This document shows, piece by piece, positions 1 through 12,703 of a DNA stretch of 64,000 nt. The DNA comes from Microthyrium microscopicum. Taxonomy: Eukaryota. How positions within the stretch are numbered: the first letter of the stretch is position 1; each line of letters begins with the position of its first letter. Location: positions 1,246,070-1,310,069 of the forward strand of contig MU004236.1 in assembly GCA_010405405.1 (NCBI GenBank), given 5' to 3'. Below the pieces are notes generated by a model, which did not search any database, was not told the origin of the DNA, and was given only the letters and a program-made list of their open reading frames with translations. A program made the translations under genes and the position numbers.

Positions 1-1117
1 AGCACATAATTGTAGAGAAAGATGACTATTCCTTCAACAACTCTACCGCCTATGCCAGACAAGTCGTTTGGACACGATCTAGAGTACAGAATCTGACCAC
101 TAAAAGCCAGATTCCATACCTTCAAGAAATTTCTACATACAGTCAAAAAGGATGAAAGAGAAAAAAAGCAAAGGATTGAATTTGGATATCATGCATTCAA
201 GCCCCAAGCAAGCAATACAAAGCTAAGCAGACACTAGCAAAAACAAAGGTTTTTGAATCCCTATAAAACCCTATCATCAACCGAATGCCCCAAGCTCCAA
301 GCGCCGCCCATCCAGAGAGAACCATTGAGAATTCTTTTCAAGGAGACGAATCAAGAGAGGTTGTGGCAATGAAGGAGGAGTAATGAGTCGGAAGGAGGTC
401 GTATGTCTTCAACAATGGAGAAATTCCGGAGTAGAGATCCAGCAGCTCGCTAATGTGAAAAGACATGTCATAAAACCACAAAGTCGCCATATCGTCTGAA
501 CAGAGCCAGTTCCTGCCCGGTCTCCGGTTGAGGGGATCGGAAAAGTCGAATGAAGTGAAATCAAGGTTTGTTCTTGGGCATCGATGTTCAGTTGAAAAGG
601 ACCATGTGAGATGATATGCCGAGTGCTGTGTAGAGGAGATTAAAATAATGAAATAGTCCAGACACCAAGTCCTATACGAGACCGTGCAGAAAAGTCATGG
701 AGGTCCTGTAGCAGTAAAAGTATGGATGAAGGATTTTAGGTTGCAGATTGGGACCGAGACCCAGACGGTAAGGAGAGCAGTTCCTGATTTGCAATTGCTC
801 GCAACTTAGGAGGGGGAAGTGGAGTGTATCTGTAGCTGGCGGGTTGAGTGATAGTTGAGGCAGAGTGTTTGTTGAGAAGATCAAGGCAACTGCACCAGAA
901 GCAAATCAATGCAACCACATCGTATGCTGGGATATCTGAACATAAAGTCATGAATCATAAAGCTGATGAATCGTAGTCATGAGGGTGTTTGGTCTTCGGT
1001 CCAATAAGAAACAGCATGAGAAAGAGGAGAAGGACTCGATTGATGGTAAGTGAGTATTAGAGTCCAACAAGAAAGTTGTATGAGAATAGGTATCAGTTGG
1101 TTGAGAGGACGAAACTC

Positions 1118-2289
1118 CTATTCCTGAGGGTTTTGCTGGCGACGCATCTTCTCGGCCTCAAGATTCTCATAGAGTAGATATAGGGCCTTTTCGTTGCTTG
1201 CAGCAGTACCGGTAATAGTGAACATTCGCTCGCCAGACTCATCGTGAGGAGCTTTGGCAATGGAGATTCGAGCACCGGAGCTCTTGCGGATTTCGCTAAT
1301 CTTGGTTCCACCACGGCCAATGATGCAGCCGACCATATCGGATGGAATACTGATATTCTGCGTCTGAATTTCTTCACCATCCTCGGTATGAGTTGGTGGA
1401 GGAGGTCGTGGCAAGCCTTCACCGCCCGAGTTGCGATGACGGCTATAGCTCGGGCTGTTGTCGCTGAAATCGGCGCCATGTCCAGTGCGATTGTAGGGAG
1501 TGCGAGGAGGTATGCCTCCACCATTTCCACCGCCATTACCAATGGGACCACTAGCTTGAACGCGTACAGCAGGGTTGTAGAGGACCGTGCCGTAACCACG
1601 CTCTGCGTCATCAACGAGACACTTGCCAATGTCCCACACAGCCTTCTCAATGCCGTCTGGAGTGCCTTGCAGCTCAACAATGCGCTCAGTAGATTGCGGA
1701 AGCATCTCCTTCTGCGCTACCATACGAACACCAGAAGCATCCTGAATTTGCTTGATCTTCAGTCCTTGGCGTCCGATAATCGTGCCCATTTGGTTGTGGG
1801 AAATGAGAAGTCGAACGGCTAAAATGCAATTAGCCAAGTTTGGGACTTTAAAGACAGTCTGGAGTGCTAAAGGAATGTTTTAAACTCACCATGCGAACCA
1901 TTGGCGTTGATCACTCCACCCATGCCCATCTGGGGTACACCTTCAAGTAGTCCCTTAGCTACCATTTTGTAGGCTTTGGAAATTCCAACCAAGGAACCAG
2001 TAACAGTCAAGACACGGTCGTGAACACCGGGAACCACCTTGGAGACTCCAGCGCGAACGCCAGTCTCTTCACGTAGGTCGGCCACATTTTTGCCAGCTTT
2101 GCCAATGATGACACCGGCCTCCTTGGACGAGACAATGGCGCGCAGGGTCAACTGCTCGGCGGCATACTCTTCTTCAGTACGTGGACCGACCTCGCCATCA
2201 GCAGAGTCGGCGGTATTCAAGCGAGAGAATGATTGATTGAGCTCGTTGGTCTCGGAGGGCATCATCATGGTAGCCTCTTCAGCAGCCAT
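1118..2289 (-). CDS. hnRNP K-like RNA-binding protein with three KH domains (Pbp2/Hek2/Rnc1 family); exons 2289-1890, 1818-1118
   Basis: Three KH GxxG motifs (GVIIGKAGKN, GTIIGRQGLK, GCIIGRGGTK). A GTGAGT...GCTAAT...TTTTAG intron (1889-1819) joins the two ORFs in frame. A probable 5'UTR intron lies at ~2498-2403 (GTATGT...GCTAAC...TTTAG). Confidence 0.93.
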
Positions 2290-3389
2290 AATTTTGGATG
2301 ATGGGTTTGAAGTGGATGAAAGATGCGGGAGCGGGATAGTGAGGTTGGAATAACAAGCCGATGATGTTCAAGATAGAACGATCAATTGAGCTTGATGATT
2401 GCCTAAATGTGGAACAGGAATTTGTTAGCAGGTAGAAAACTAGGCGAGAGTCGCCAAAAGACGCAGGTTAAGGCAGGGCGCAAACGTCACAAACATACCT
2501 GTGAGAAGCTAGACGCGGTGAAGAGAGTAAGGTGGGTAGAGGAGGAGGAGATTTCGGATGATAGAGAGTAGAGGATTGGGAGAGGGAAGAAGAAGAGAGG
2601 AGGGCGGTATAAGGGGAGGGACTCGGATAGAAGATTGGTGATGATGGCAGAGAGAGATTTGGTGTGATGAAGAAGAAGAACGAAGAGTTGAAGCAGATGA
2701 AGTGGTGGTGGTGGATGCTCTGGGGGATGTGGGCTGTAATGGCAGGAACGGGCTAGCTCGTGCTGACTACGCCTGCTCAATACTTGAGCTACGTTGAAAT
2801 ATATGGCATTGACGAATCAAAACAAGTCAAGAATTAGCGGGGCGGGGTTGTAAACAATTGATGGGTTACTTGGTCGATTTATTGCAGGAACGCCAAAAGG
2901 CCCCGCCCACACGCCCCACCCACAGCAGCTACCGCCCACATGTTTTTGTTCTTGTTTAGTCCTGCACCATATCCCATGGGTAATTGATGGGTAACAACAA
3001 TATCAATTGTTGCTCAAGCTGCTTTGGATATTACATCCAGTCCTGGCAAGTTTGACCTGATTTGCCTGCTTGCTACTTCATACTAGGTAGAGTAGCATCT
3101 ATTCAGAGCTCTTGTCATGTCTGCCATGTGGTTTGCTATCTGCTATCGATACCTCCCGCATTCTCTATCGCTTGAATGCTGCGCAACACACTACTGAACC
3201 ATTAAGGTCGTATCACTCTAGGTCGCCCTTGAAATCTCGATCATCGTTAGCAATTTACACTACAGAGATACTGTATTGGGCATTGCGTGCATTTCATTTG
3301 CTGCAGCAAGGCTCAACCGTCACATATCTCACCACGTGCTCCCTTGCATCTCATTAAAATACTACTCCTAACTGGCCCAGCAATACATA

Positions 3390-4665
3390 CTACTTCTGCG
3401 CTTCGAAAATGACCTTTTGCACTTTCATACTGTTGAATAGTTCATAGCCCTCAATCGCCTGTGACATTGGCATGATTTTGTCAGTCATGAAGCTGTTTCC
3501 AGGTTAGAATGCTTTAATTCACAGGTTGGAAAACATACCCCAATAAGTGCTGTTTCTTCACCAACATGTCTAACGACTGCGGGAAAATCGACCGTACTGG
3601 ACATCTGCCCATTTGAATTCGAAGGTTCTTGCCATATGCTTGATTGCCAGTCCATGGGATCTGTAAACTGTCAGTGACAACCCCAAGCATTTCATCCACA
3701 TAGACTTCGCCTTGCAGGACACATACCTCAGCATTATGAACGCCCACACTACTAATAACTCCCCAAGGCCTAAGAATCTCAAAGCCCATCTGCAACGCTG
3801 GACTCAAACCAACAACTTCAATCACCAAATCAGCGCCCCTGCCTTCTGTGACCTCCATCACTCTCTTCACGAGTCCCTCTTTATCCGTCATGAAGTTCAA
3901 TGGCTCTGCACCCAGTCCTTTCGCCAGATCCAGTCGACTCTCTACACTGTCTACGGCAAATAGATGCTTCGGCTTATACTCTTCAGCATTTATTACGGCG
4001 CACAGGCCTACTGGTCCACATCCAATGACCACTACAGTCATCTCCGCGATTTGCTCTGGAGAAAAGTCCTTGAAGCCATTCGTTGCTGCGAAGTAACCTG
4101 TTGGCCAGATATCGGCCATCAACACGAGATACTTGTCATCAATACCTGGAGGTGATTTGACGATGGTGGCATCGGCGAGCGGCACAAGCACGTACTCTGC
4201 CTGGCCGCCGTCTAGCGGACCTGAGCCGAAGAGACGGCTTTTGGCACAGCGGGATGTGTAGCCATTCTTGCAATAGAAGCATTCACCACTGAAGCCCAGT
4301 TAGTTAGCGATGAGGGCAAGCGGAGAGACTGCAATTACCAAGAGATGGTGAAGGGGACAACGACTTTGTCGCCTTTCTGCACGGTTTTGACATCGCTGCC
4401 GACTTCTTCTACTATCCCAGTGAATTCGTGGCCCATGATGAAGCCAGTGCCGCTTGGTTGGTGGCCACGGAAAACATGGAGTTCGCTGGGAGACCGTTAG
4501 CTCTGTTGCGATGGGTTTGAACACATCTTACCTTCCACAGAGAGCGGAGTATTCGACTTTCAAGATGACATCTGTAGGATCTGTGATTTTTGGTATAGGT
4601 CTATCTTCGATCTCGACTTTCAATGGGCCTTTGAAGACGACGGCCTTCATGGTGTCTTTTGCCAT
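3390..4665 (-). CDS. Zinc-binding medium-chain dehydrogenase/reductase (alcohol/formaldehyde dehydrogenase-like), four introns
   Basis: Spliced translation gives MAKDTMKAVVFKGP...ALCGSELH, GHEFTG, structural-Zn cysteines (ECFYCKNGYTSRC), Rossmann VIGCGPVG and ends KVIFEAQK*. GT-AG introns at ~4531-4486, ~4339-4288, ~3727-3661, ~3538-3493. Confidence 0.9.
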
Positions 4666-5549
4666 TTTGTATATTCCTAGCTCATAAATCTTATATCACA
4701 GTAGAGTATGCACCTCTCGAAGCAAGTGAATTGAAGGTTCAAAAATGGGTTCAATATGCGTCGCAACGAGTTACTAACGATTTCTCTTCGATGATACAAT
4801 CAAGTCTTCTCCCCCCTCTCCCACTCAACATGACACCACTCGTAATCCTTGCACGCTCGAACCATCCTAAGCCCAGACCAAACCTACCTGGGTTTTGAAC
4901 AGCGGGCCGGTATCGCAGAATGACAGCTTTGGACAAGTTGAGAAAATATGCCGAGATCTGAATTAAGCGTGCCAACACCTTATCCTTGAGCTATCATGGA
5001 AAGCTAAACTCATTAGAGCAGGTGTGCGCGGGGTCCAAGGTGCACGAACTCTTCTTCCAACGAATCAACAGATAAGCATTTGTCCAGTAGATTGCCGGCT
5101 TTGCGCAACTTGGACTTGTGAGTATTGAAGCTGTTGATTTCTCTCCTTGATACCTGTTAAGTTGAAAAATATTTGAGTCGGTATCAAATTCTAGCGACAT
5201 ACATATGCTGCTGTCTTGCGACTGCACTTACATTAAGCCCCTTACTCACTCAAGTGTTATATGAAAGGAGTAAAGCCTTGAAAATAATTGTACCCAGATT
5301 GTCAATCAGACGTGTTTGAAGACTTAGATAGATCCAATGCTCGACGGCCATTACAATAAAATATTCAGCCTAATAGTCCAAAATTTCAGCCTTGTTAGCG
5401 CCAATAGCTTCAACCAAGAGGAGCCAACCAAACGCGGATCCTTGTACCATTTCACGACGCGTATTACACTATTCATCAAATTATCTCCATTCAGCTTCAC
5501 CACAGGATAGGTCACTTCATTTACAATCTTCATTGCATGCTCACATAAA

Positions 5550-6689
5550 ATGCCGAGATTACCAGCTGCCAGGCGCCCAAAGTCTCCTGATCTGGCGACT
5601 CTCGAGTTCATAGAGGCTGCACACCTTGAACAATTCGAGAAGGCTCCAGAAGTACTTCAGGCCACTTACCCAGATCTCTTTCTACGGAAGCACTTCCTCA
5701 AGGACTATGAGCTGGACAAAACCATTACACCTAATCCTATTGCAATTCCGAACCTCAACATACTAGCGTGCAAAGAGCTTGAGAAACTCGCTGAGACTAT
5801 TCCTGATCTGAGCACCTACCATGTCCCTTACCAGCGCGAAGGAGTCTTTGCCATCGGATGGGAAAAACAAAAAGTAATTGAGGTTGCAAACGAGGCTGCC
5901 AGACCAGCGAAAGTTGAGCGAAGCGAGAAGGCAAGCGCAGAAGCGGCCGAACTTCGAAAACTCCGGCAGTTCTACAAGGACCATCATGAGCATCACCAAA
6001 GCAATGTCGTAACCAAAGCGAAGACAAGTGCAAAGGATCTCCTCATCATGGCAAAGTCAATAGCCATAGCTCAGACTCTCAACGATCCTGAAGCAATCAA
6101 TTCCTATGTTGGCTCATATGTACTCGAGAGAACAAGTGATAGGCCCTCTGATAAGCCCTCGGGCGAGCTTACACTCGATGTTCACTCCACCGACAGTGCT
6201 GTTCTGACAGGGACCTTCAAGTTTCGTGACGACCAGCTGAGGCCAGTGACGATGTTGATGGCATTCTCAGAATCAGACCTCGAGAAGTACAGAAATCCTC
6301 AGCACCCAGAGTACGACAACCAAGCCCCTGGAGGCACCAAGGACGCTGGACAAGACGAACTAGCTACCAACACCACTGAACGGGAGCTTGAGAATTCTGA
6401 GAGCCGAAAGCGTAAACGGATCCAGAACGGCACTGATTCTCCTAGGAAATGTTGGCGTCAGAACTTCTTCCCTGAACGTCCGAAACGTACACTACTCCAT
6501 ATGATATGGTACCCGCATCCCTTGGGGAAGGATGACATGACTGAAAAACATGGAAGTTTTATCTTTTCCACAGCCACGGCTACTTTCGAAGCCGAAATAG
6601 ATCGTCGCGCAGTCGGAAAGTCAAAAGACTACCTCTTTAAAGGCTGGAGGGTCGATACGCAAGCTGGGGCAACCATATTTGGCACTTGA
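5550..6689 (+). CDS. Uncharacterised fungal protein, paralogue of the 7104-8656 gene (lacks its N-terminal part)
   Basis: 379-aa ORF sharing collinear blocks with the neighbour: IGWEKQKV/IGWGKQKV, SYVGSYVLE/SYVGSYIVE, GTFK, TATFE, GWRV; basic RKRKR stretch. Confidence 0.7.
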   Translation: MPRLPAARRPKSPDLATLEFIEAAHLEQFEKAPEVLQATYPDLFLRKHFLKDYELDKTITPNPIAIPNLNILACKELEKLAETIPDLSTYHVPYQREGVFAIGWEKQKVIEVANEAARPAKVERSEKASAEAAELRKLRQFYKDHHEHHQSNVVTKAKTSAKDLLIMAKSIAIAQTLNDPEAINSYVGSYVLERTSDRPSDKPSGELTLDVHSTDSAVLTGTFKFRDDQLRPVTMLMAFSESDLEKYRNPQHPEYDNQAPGGTKDAGQDELATNTTERELENSESRKRKRIQNGTDSPRKCWRQNFFPERPKRTLLHMIWYPHPLGKDDMTEKHGSFIFSTATATFEAEIDRRAVGKSKDYLFKGWRVDTQAGATIFGT

Positions 6690-7103
6690 AATACCGAATG
6701 TGTAACTCGACCGTTTGATCTCAGCAATAACGACTTGAATAGCAACTCCATTGGATGTTTATTGTAATTGCATTGGTGCGCTCTCTTGCATCACGCAGAT
6801 GTTAGAAACATGGCACTCTTCGTTGCAAAGTGAGGAGGCTCGCTCAACTCCAACAATTTCTTCTCCCACAAATTACAATGATGTTGGATGAAGACTAGAT
6901 TCTCAGCCTGATACTTGTGGACTTTCAGCCTTGTGGCGCCATTAGCCTCCACAAGTTGAGACACTAACGGCTAAAACACACGCGTATCCTAGACACAGGA
7001 TAAGGACGCGTATCAGAGGATCTTATTTCCCATCAATGTCAACTTCTTGTTTTCTACGTTCTATGCTTGCTTGGCTATTTATCTTCGACCCAATACGAGC
7101 AAC

Positions 7104-8656
7104 ATGTCCAAGCCTACCAGGAATCGGCGGAGGACAATAGCTGAGCTAAAAGCAGACGTACCGAAGCCCCCCCAAGCACCCACGGAGAACGAATATCTTT
7201 ATAATGGTAGGCTTCAGCATCAAGGCGTTTACAAAGCCGAGTTCAGTCATATGCTTGTTCTTTTCTCAGGAAGACGGTATTCAATAGACCGGCATTTGAC
7301 CGCAGCATCGAAAGGGGGCTGGAATGCCTACAGTCCCAAGTCATGGTACGAGAAACAACTATGGTTTTATGGTTTCGAATTCGATCCAGCAGCAGAGGCT
7401 GCGGGCCTGAAAACCCAGCTGAAAGGCCTAGTGTTGCTTCACGAAAGGGTCAGTCAGTCATAGTTGCATGCCCCGTTATGTACACACTAACTCATTTCAC
7501 ACAGTCTGGCGGCTTTCAGCCTCGACCGGAGGTTCGCGACGTAGAAGCTCGTCTAAAAGCTATCTGGGAACCATTGGATGCAGCCTATCGAGCAGCTGTA
7601 CAGGCATTCATAGCTGAAGACGAGGCCGAAGACGAGGCCAGAGACCAGGCCCATTTCGAAACGCTTCCACTCCGCGAACAAGTGAAACTAGATTCGAGAT
7701 TTGTTGATAACTACTGTTTGCATGACGATGGGAAGCCGGATAAGACAAAGATTAAACAGCCCTTGTCATTCTCTGATCTCGAACTACATGAGCGCTATAT
7801 GCTTGAAGAGGCCGTGGAAGGAATCCCTGGCCTGACTCTTGTTCACTCTCCATATAATGAGGCCGGTATTGTTACCATTGGTTGGGGCAAACAAAAGGTC
7901 GCCAACTCTGCAGCAAGGGCCATTGAGCTAGCAAGAGAGAAGCAACTTCAAGAAGAATGTAAGAGGAGTGTTGCGAAGCGTAAAGTCATGAAAGAAAAGG
8001 CCGAGAGTCAGCTTGCATTTGCGAAGGCAGTGGCAGAAGCACACGAACTCAAGGATCATGAGAACTTAGAGTCATATGTTGGCTCATATATAGTTGAGTT
8101 CACCAATTCTAGGTCGGTTTATACAGATGGTCCGCTGCATCCCATTGGCGAATTCAATTTCGAAGTAGACTTGAAAGATTCAAGCAGTCTCAGGGGCACA
8201 TTCAAAGACGAATTTCAAACAGGCGCTGTCCAGCTGTCTTTCTCACCTGCGTCGCTCGAGAATGATCAGGCAACACCACAGAGCACCAAGTCGGTCCTGG
8301 GGATGGATAGTGGCGTCCATGGTGGTGCTGAACACGACAAGGAAAACAACGCGGAAGCGAGCAGTACTCGAACAGGTCTCAACAAACGCAAACGCGAGAC
8401 CGCAGAATTCGACGATATTCAGCCAAGCAAACAGATTCGACTTGACTGCCCGCCAGGCCATACAGACTTGTACTTTGTTTTGAGCGAGAAATATCCAAAC
8501 GGTACCTATGGGAAATGCAGCACTGACGGACGATTGAGGTTTTCCAACAACACTGCCACATTTGAGGGCGAGTTCAGACGGTACGGGCCCAGTCCACGTA
8601 CTGTCCGAGGCTGGAGAGTCAACAAGCAGGCAGAGCACATTGATCTTGGGTTGTAA
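7104..8656 (+). CDS. Uncharacterised fungal protein (~498 aa); exons 7104-7448, 7505-8656
   Basis: GTCAGT...ACTAAC...ACAG intron joins the 7047 and 7343 ORFs in frame; paralogous to 5550-6689; charged helical middle and KRKR stretch. Confidence 0.75.
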
Positions 8657-9039
8657 CATTTAGTGCTCGAAGGTTTTTGCACGCTGCCCATAAATTGAGG
8701 ATTGGTTGACATCATGATCTTAGTCCTTACTTTGCACGCTCACGGAGCAAAGGTTAGACTCATTCAGATGACTTGTAGTAATCTCAACCAACAGGCATCT
8801 TATGATACCCAATACAAACGTGTCTTTTGGCTACCGCTCAAGCATTCATAAACGGTTGAACAGGGCCTCGACCTTGTACTGCCAAGTAGAATGTGAGGTA
8901 AGCTTGGTGGGGAGCTGATGAAGTGTCACCGCATCCGAATGTAAGACCACCTTTGCTCTATCGCTCACTTAAATATGAACGCACAGAAGTCCTCCCTAGA
9001 ACTATAGGCCTTATTCCTCACTTGAAAAAGCATACCAAG

Positions 9040-10102
9040 ATGAATCTATCAGCAGGAGACATACCTCCAGTAAAGGACCTCACCATCGAAAACATCACAG
9101 AGAATGTTCTCGCCATCAACTCCAGGTGCCCCAATCCACGCATGAAATATCTTTTCGAGCGTTTGACCACCCATTTACACGATTTTGCCCGCGAGACCAG
9201 GCTCAGCACGAGCGAATGGGAGCAATCCATCAAATTTCTTACCAAGGTGGGCCAAATCTGCACCGATGTGCGACAGGAATTTATCCTGCTTTCTGATATA
9301 TTGGGGTTGTCTTTACTTGTGGACTCCATTGATCATCCTAAACCACCAGCTTCGACTGAGGGAACAGTTCTCGGGCCATTCCATACTCATGAGGCTGAGC
9401 TACTTCATCATGGCGATTCGATATCACAAGATCCAGATGGTGAGCCATGCCTTGTCATATGCACAGTCAAAGACACATCAGCCAAGCCCGTTCCTGGAGT
9501 GAAGATAGATGTCTGGGAAGCGGATTCAAAAGGCCTCTATGATGTTCAACGAGCAGATCACAAGGTTTCTGATGGTCGAGCGGTATTGGAGAGTGACGAG
9601 AAAGGTCATTTCCACTTCAAAGCCACTGTACCTGTACCCTATCCTATTCCAAGTGATGGACCGGTCGGAGACTTGCTAAGAAAGCTATATCGTCATCCAT
9701 ATCGACCGAGTCATATGCATTTCATGTTCGAAAAGACTGGATACGATCATCTCATCACGTAAGTCTGCTTCATACAAAAGAGGGCAAAATGAATCACTTG
9801 AATAGATACTAACTTTTCGTAACAGTGCATTGTATCTTCGTGGCGATCCGTACGAGTCTTCGGATGCTGTTTTTGGTGTGAAAGAGTCCCTAGTCGTTGA
9901 TCTTAAAACTGTTTCGGACGTCGAAGGTTTATCAGCAAAATATGGCGTATCGCCATCTACGCGATTACTGAGGTATGACTTCGTCCTCGTGTCAGATCAC
10001 GAAACAGCTGTACTCCGGCAGAAGGAGGCTGAAAAGGAGATCGCCAAACAGAACCGGCACATGAAAATTGTCAATGGCTTGCCCATTCCTGACGTCGATT
10101 AG
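9040..10102 (+). CDS. Intradiol ring-cleavage dioxygenase (hydroxyquinol/catechol 1,2-dioxygenase type); exons 9040-9758, 9826-10102
   Basis: EFILLSDILGLS, STEGTVLGPF, and Fe(III)-ligand motifs GLYDVQ, PVPYPIP and RPSHMHF; GTAAGT...ACTAAC...AACAG intron restores LITALY. Confidence 0.93.
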
Positions 10103-10257
10103 ATCAGTTCTGATAAATAATAAAGCTATTGCTCCAAGTCTTCGAGGCTTAATGCGCGCCGTACCATCTACTAAGCACTATATGATATAACAAGAATATG
10201 ATGTTCAGGTAGTCATCCTGAGCAATCCGACTCTTTGCATCGGCTCAACTAATGGTA

Positions 10258-12703
10258 TCATTGGTTGAAATATGACTGGTAGTCGGCTTGGTTGAAATCG
10301 GGCATGAATCCGAGATGCTCCATAAATTCGGGTTGATTAGCCGTCCTGTACTCGGTTGATGTTATTATCGTTTCAAATCTATCTCAAGGTTCTATTCTTG
10401 CCCAGAAGAGAAACTTACCAGTCAACAGGATCTAACATGGCCAAGCTGTTGAACAACGTATCTTCCTCCGACTCATTCGTAAGAGAGTTGGTCAACGGAT
10501 TTTCTGTCCCTTGATCGTATAATGATGGTAAAATTACACCTTGCTCAACGTTGCTGCTATGGCTGAGTTGGGAATGCTGCTCAAGTTGGTATAGATATGA
10601 GGAGGTGGGTGTTTGATAAGACTTTAAGCCTGCATCAGAAAGCCGAGCAGCTGCTGGGAACGTTGTTTCTCTTACTGTTGAAGCGTTTCCAGCAATAGGA
10701 TCCTGAATAGAATTTGCAGCATGTAAAGAGATTTCAGGCACCGGATGCGGCTCGCGCCAGGTTGCTCCAATCTGACTGATCAGCTCTTTGATTTCGTATA
10801 TCAGATCGTCAACTTCAGGCTGAGTTGGCATACTCCTTGGTAAAGCCATGAACTGATTACAAAATAAAAGGTATATTTCGAATGTTGGTGGTAGTGAGAA
10901 TTGTTTCAAAATATGAATGTGCTGTACGATAACAGATATCAATTGACGTGTTTCGCTCAACAATGTTGCCGGTATTGAACCCCCACTGGAATGTAATAGA
11001 GCCTGTCGTTTAATACTCAGAGCCCCGTCCACCGCTGTATAAGCAAGGTTGAGGTTTAGGATTTGTTGTGATACCACTGTCCCTCTGTTGGTCGATTGAT
11101 TTGCGCTTATCTGACAATGAGAGGGCAGTTGTTCTTTCCAGTTCTTGAGGTTATCAGAGACTTTCCATACCTCATTCTCCACTGATAATGTATCTGAATA
11201 TTGAACAAGGTCGTTTAATATAGCCATGAGGGTCAAAAACTGATTGAAAATGCTCAACATCCTTCCAGGGCCAATGCTGAGATTTGGAAATTCTATAACA
11301 CTATTCGAGTCGACGGGCTGCCATGCCTCCCATTCTTCATTGCCGTTGACTTGCACCAGTCCAATGGATGTAAACTCCGTCCGGCTAAGGTATGGACGCC
11401 TTCTTAAATGGGCTGATATGAGAGTGTCGAGGGCGAAGCAACCGAGTACAGCGCGCCTATCACTGTCATCAATAGAGGTAGTCCTGCTATGAGGCCGTTC
11501 AAGATCTACTGGCGGAATGATAGTCAAATCAACAGCGAGATAAACCGCTTGGCCCACAAGAAGCCAAGCTGACGTCCATGATGCACGCCTTATATTGTGT
11601 AGCGCGAGAACAAGGACAGCTCTGATGTGACCAGCATCGTAAGAAGGCTGATCATGACTAACCAGACTTAGCGCGAGCGCCTCAAGTCTTGAAGGCGAAA
11701 AGGGATCCTGTTCGTTATGATCGGTAGCATCGGCTTTCCTATTCGACTGGGGGCAGGGATAGGATGAATAGGTAAACACAGCCCAAAGAAACGCATAATC
11801 TCCAGATGCCAAATGGATATGCTGATCTCGGCTGGAATTGGCTAACTCATACGCAGGTCGCAGTAGGTCGTGCTTCTGTGATATAGGAAACCAGCAGTGA
11901 GTGTTGGCGAAGTAAATATCAAGAAGTTGGCGCCAATTAGGAGGTAATTGTAGATTTTCCTTAGTTCCAGAAATTTGGTTTACTTCATGTTGCATGTCAA
12001 GGGATGGACTGAGATCAGTTATTTGATCAAGAGACATTGCCAGAGTTTGTGGCTCCGAGTTGTCCATAGTTACTGGGCCCTCGTCGTCGTAGTCAGTCAT
12101 GTCTGGTACAATATGATCGATATGAGCGGTTAGTCTGCCAGACGTGACTGACAGAGCATGAATGAGTCTATCCTCAAATCTTTTTAATAGCAAGTCGTCA
12201 TCCTCGGCAGATTCAGCAATTGCTGAAAGCCTTTCCATTTGTTTCACAACCTGGCTTTTTCTCCAAACATCAAGCAAAGACCGCGTCGATGCATTGTGTG
12301 GCTCCAGTGATGTTGTTTCTATCAGGTCCTCTTCTGCATCCAGGAGAGTTGATATCAGATCTTCGCTCCCGTTGATATGTGAGAAGACAATGCCCAGCAG
12401 TAACTCCATCGCTCGAACATATCCCGCAGGAAGCCCACGTTTCTTCGAGGATGCGTTATAAGTGCAAGAGCGTTTGGCATTAACACATTGCCGGCAAGCA
12501 GGTTGTTCGCCATCGCATCGATCTCTCCTTTTTCGGCATTGATCGCAAGCACGCGATACCCTCAAGCGCTTTTTCTGGTGCGGAAGCTCTTCGTCGGTAT
12601 TCTGTGCGCGAGCTCGGGACTTCGAGCTTTGGATGTCAACCTGAGATGCTTTGGACGGTTTTGAGGCAGAACCGGCGCCATCTCCATTGCCGCGTTGAAC
12701 CAT
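10258..12703 (-). CDS. Zn(II)2Cys6 transcriptional activator, QutA/QA-1F-like; exons 12703-10419, 10345-10258
   Basis: RVSRACDQCRKRRDRCDGEQPACRQC...C zinc cluster followed by KKRGLPAGYVR; fungal TF middle domain (YFANTHCWFPI); a short last exon gives TANQPEFMEHLGF, an acidic tail like QutA-type activators; divergent from a QutR-like gene. Confidence 0.9.

Noticed and set aside
1093..1822. Overlapping ORFs 1093-1680 (-) and 1244-1822 (+)
   Set aside because: Alternative-frame and antisense shadows of the KH gene with no recognisable motifs.
2836..2940. GC-box/CreA-like motifs (GCGGGG, CCCCGC) upstream of the KH gene
   Set aside because: Short motifs that cannot be assigned to a factor from sequence alone.
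3390..4665. Zn-dependent dehydrogenase as part of the aromatic module
   Set aside because: Separated from the module by two unrelated genes, with no sequence evidence of co-regulation; cannot be excluded without synteny data.
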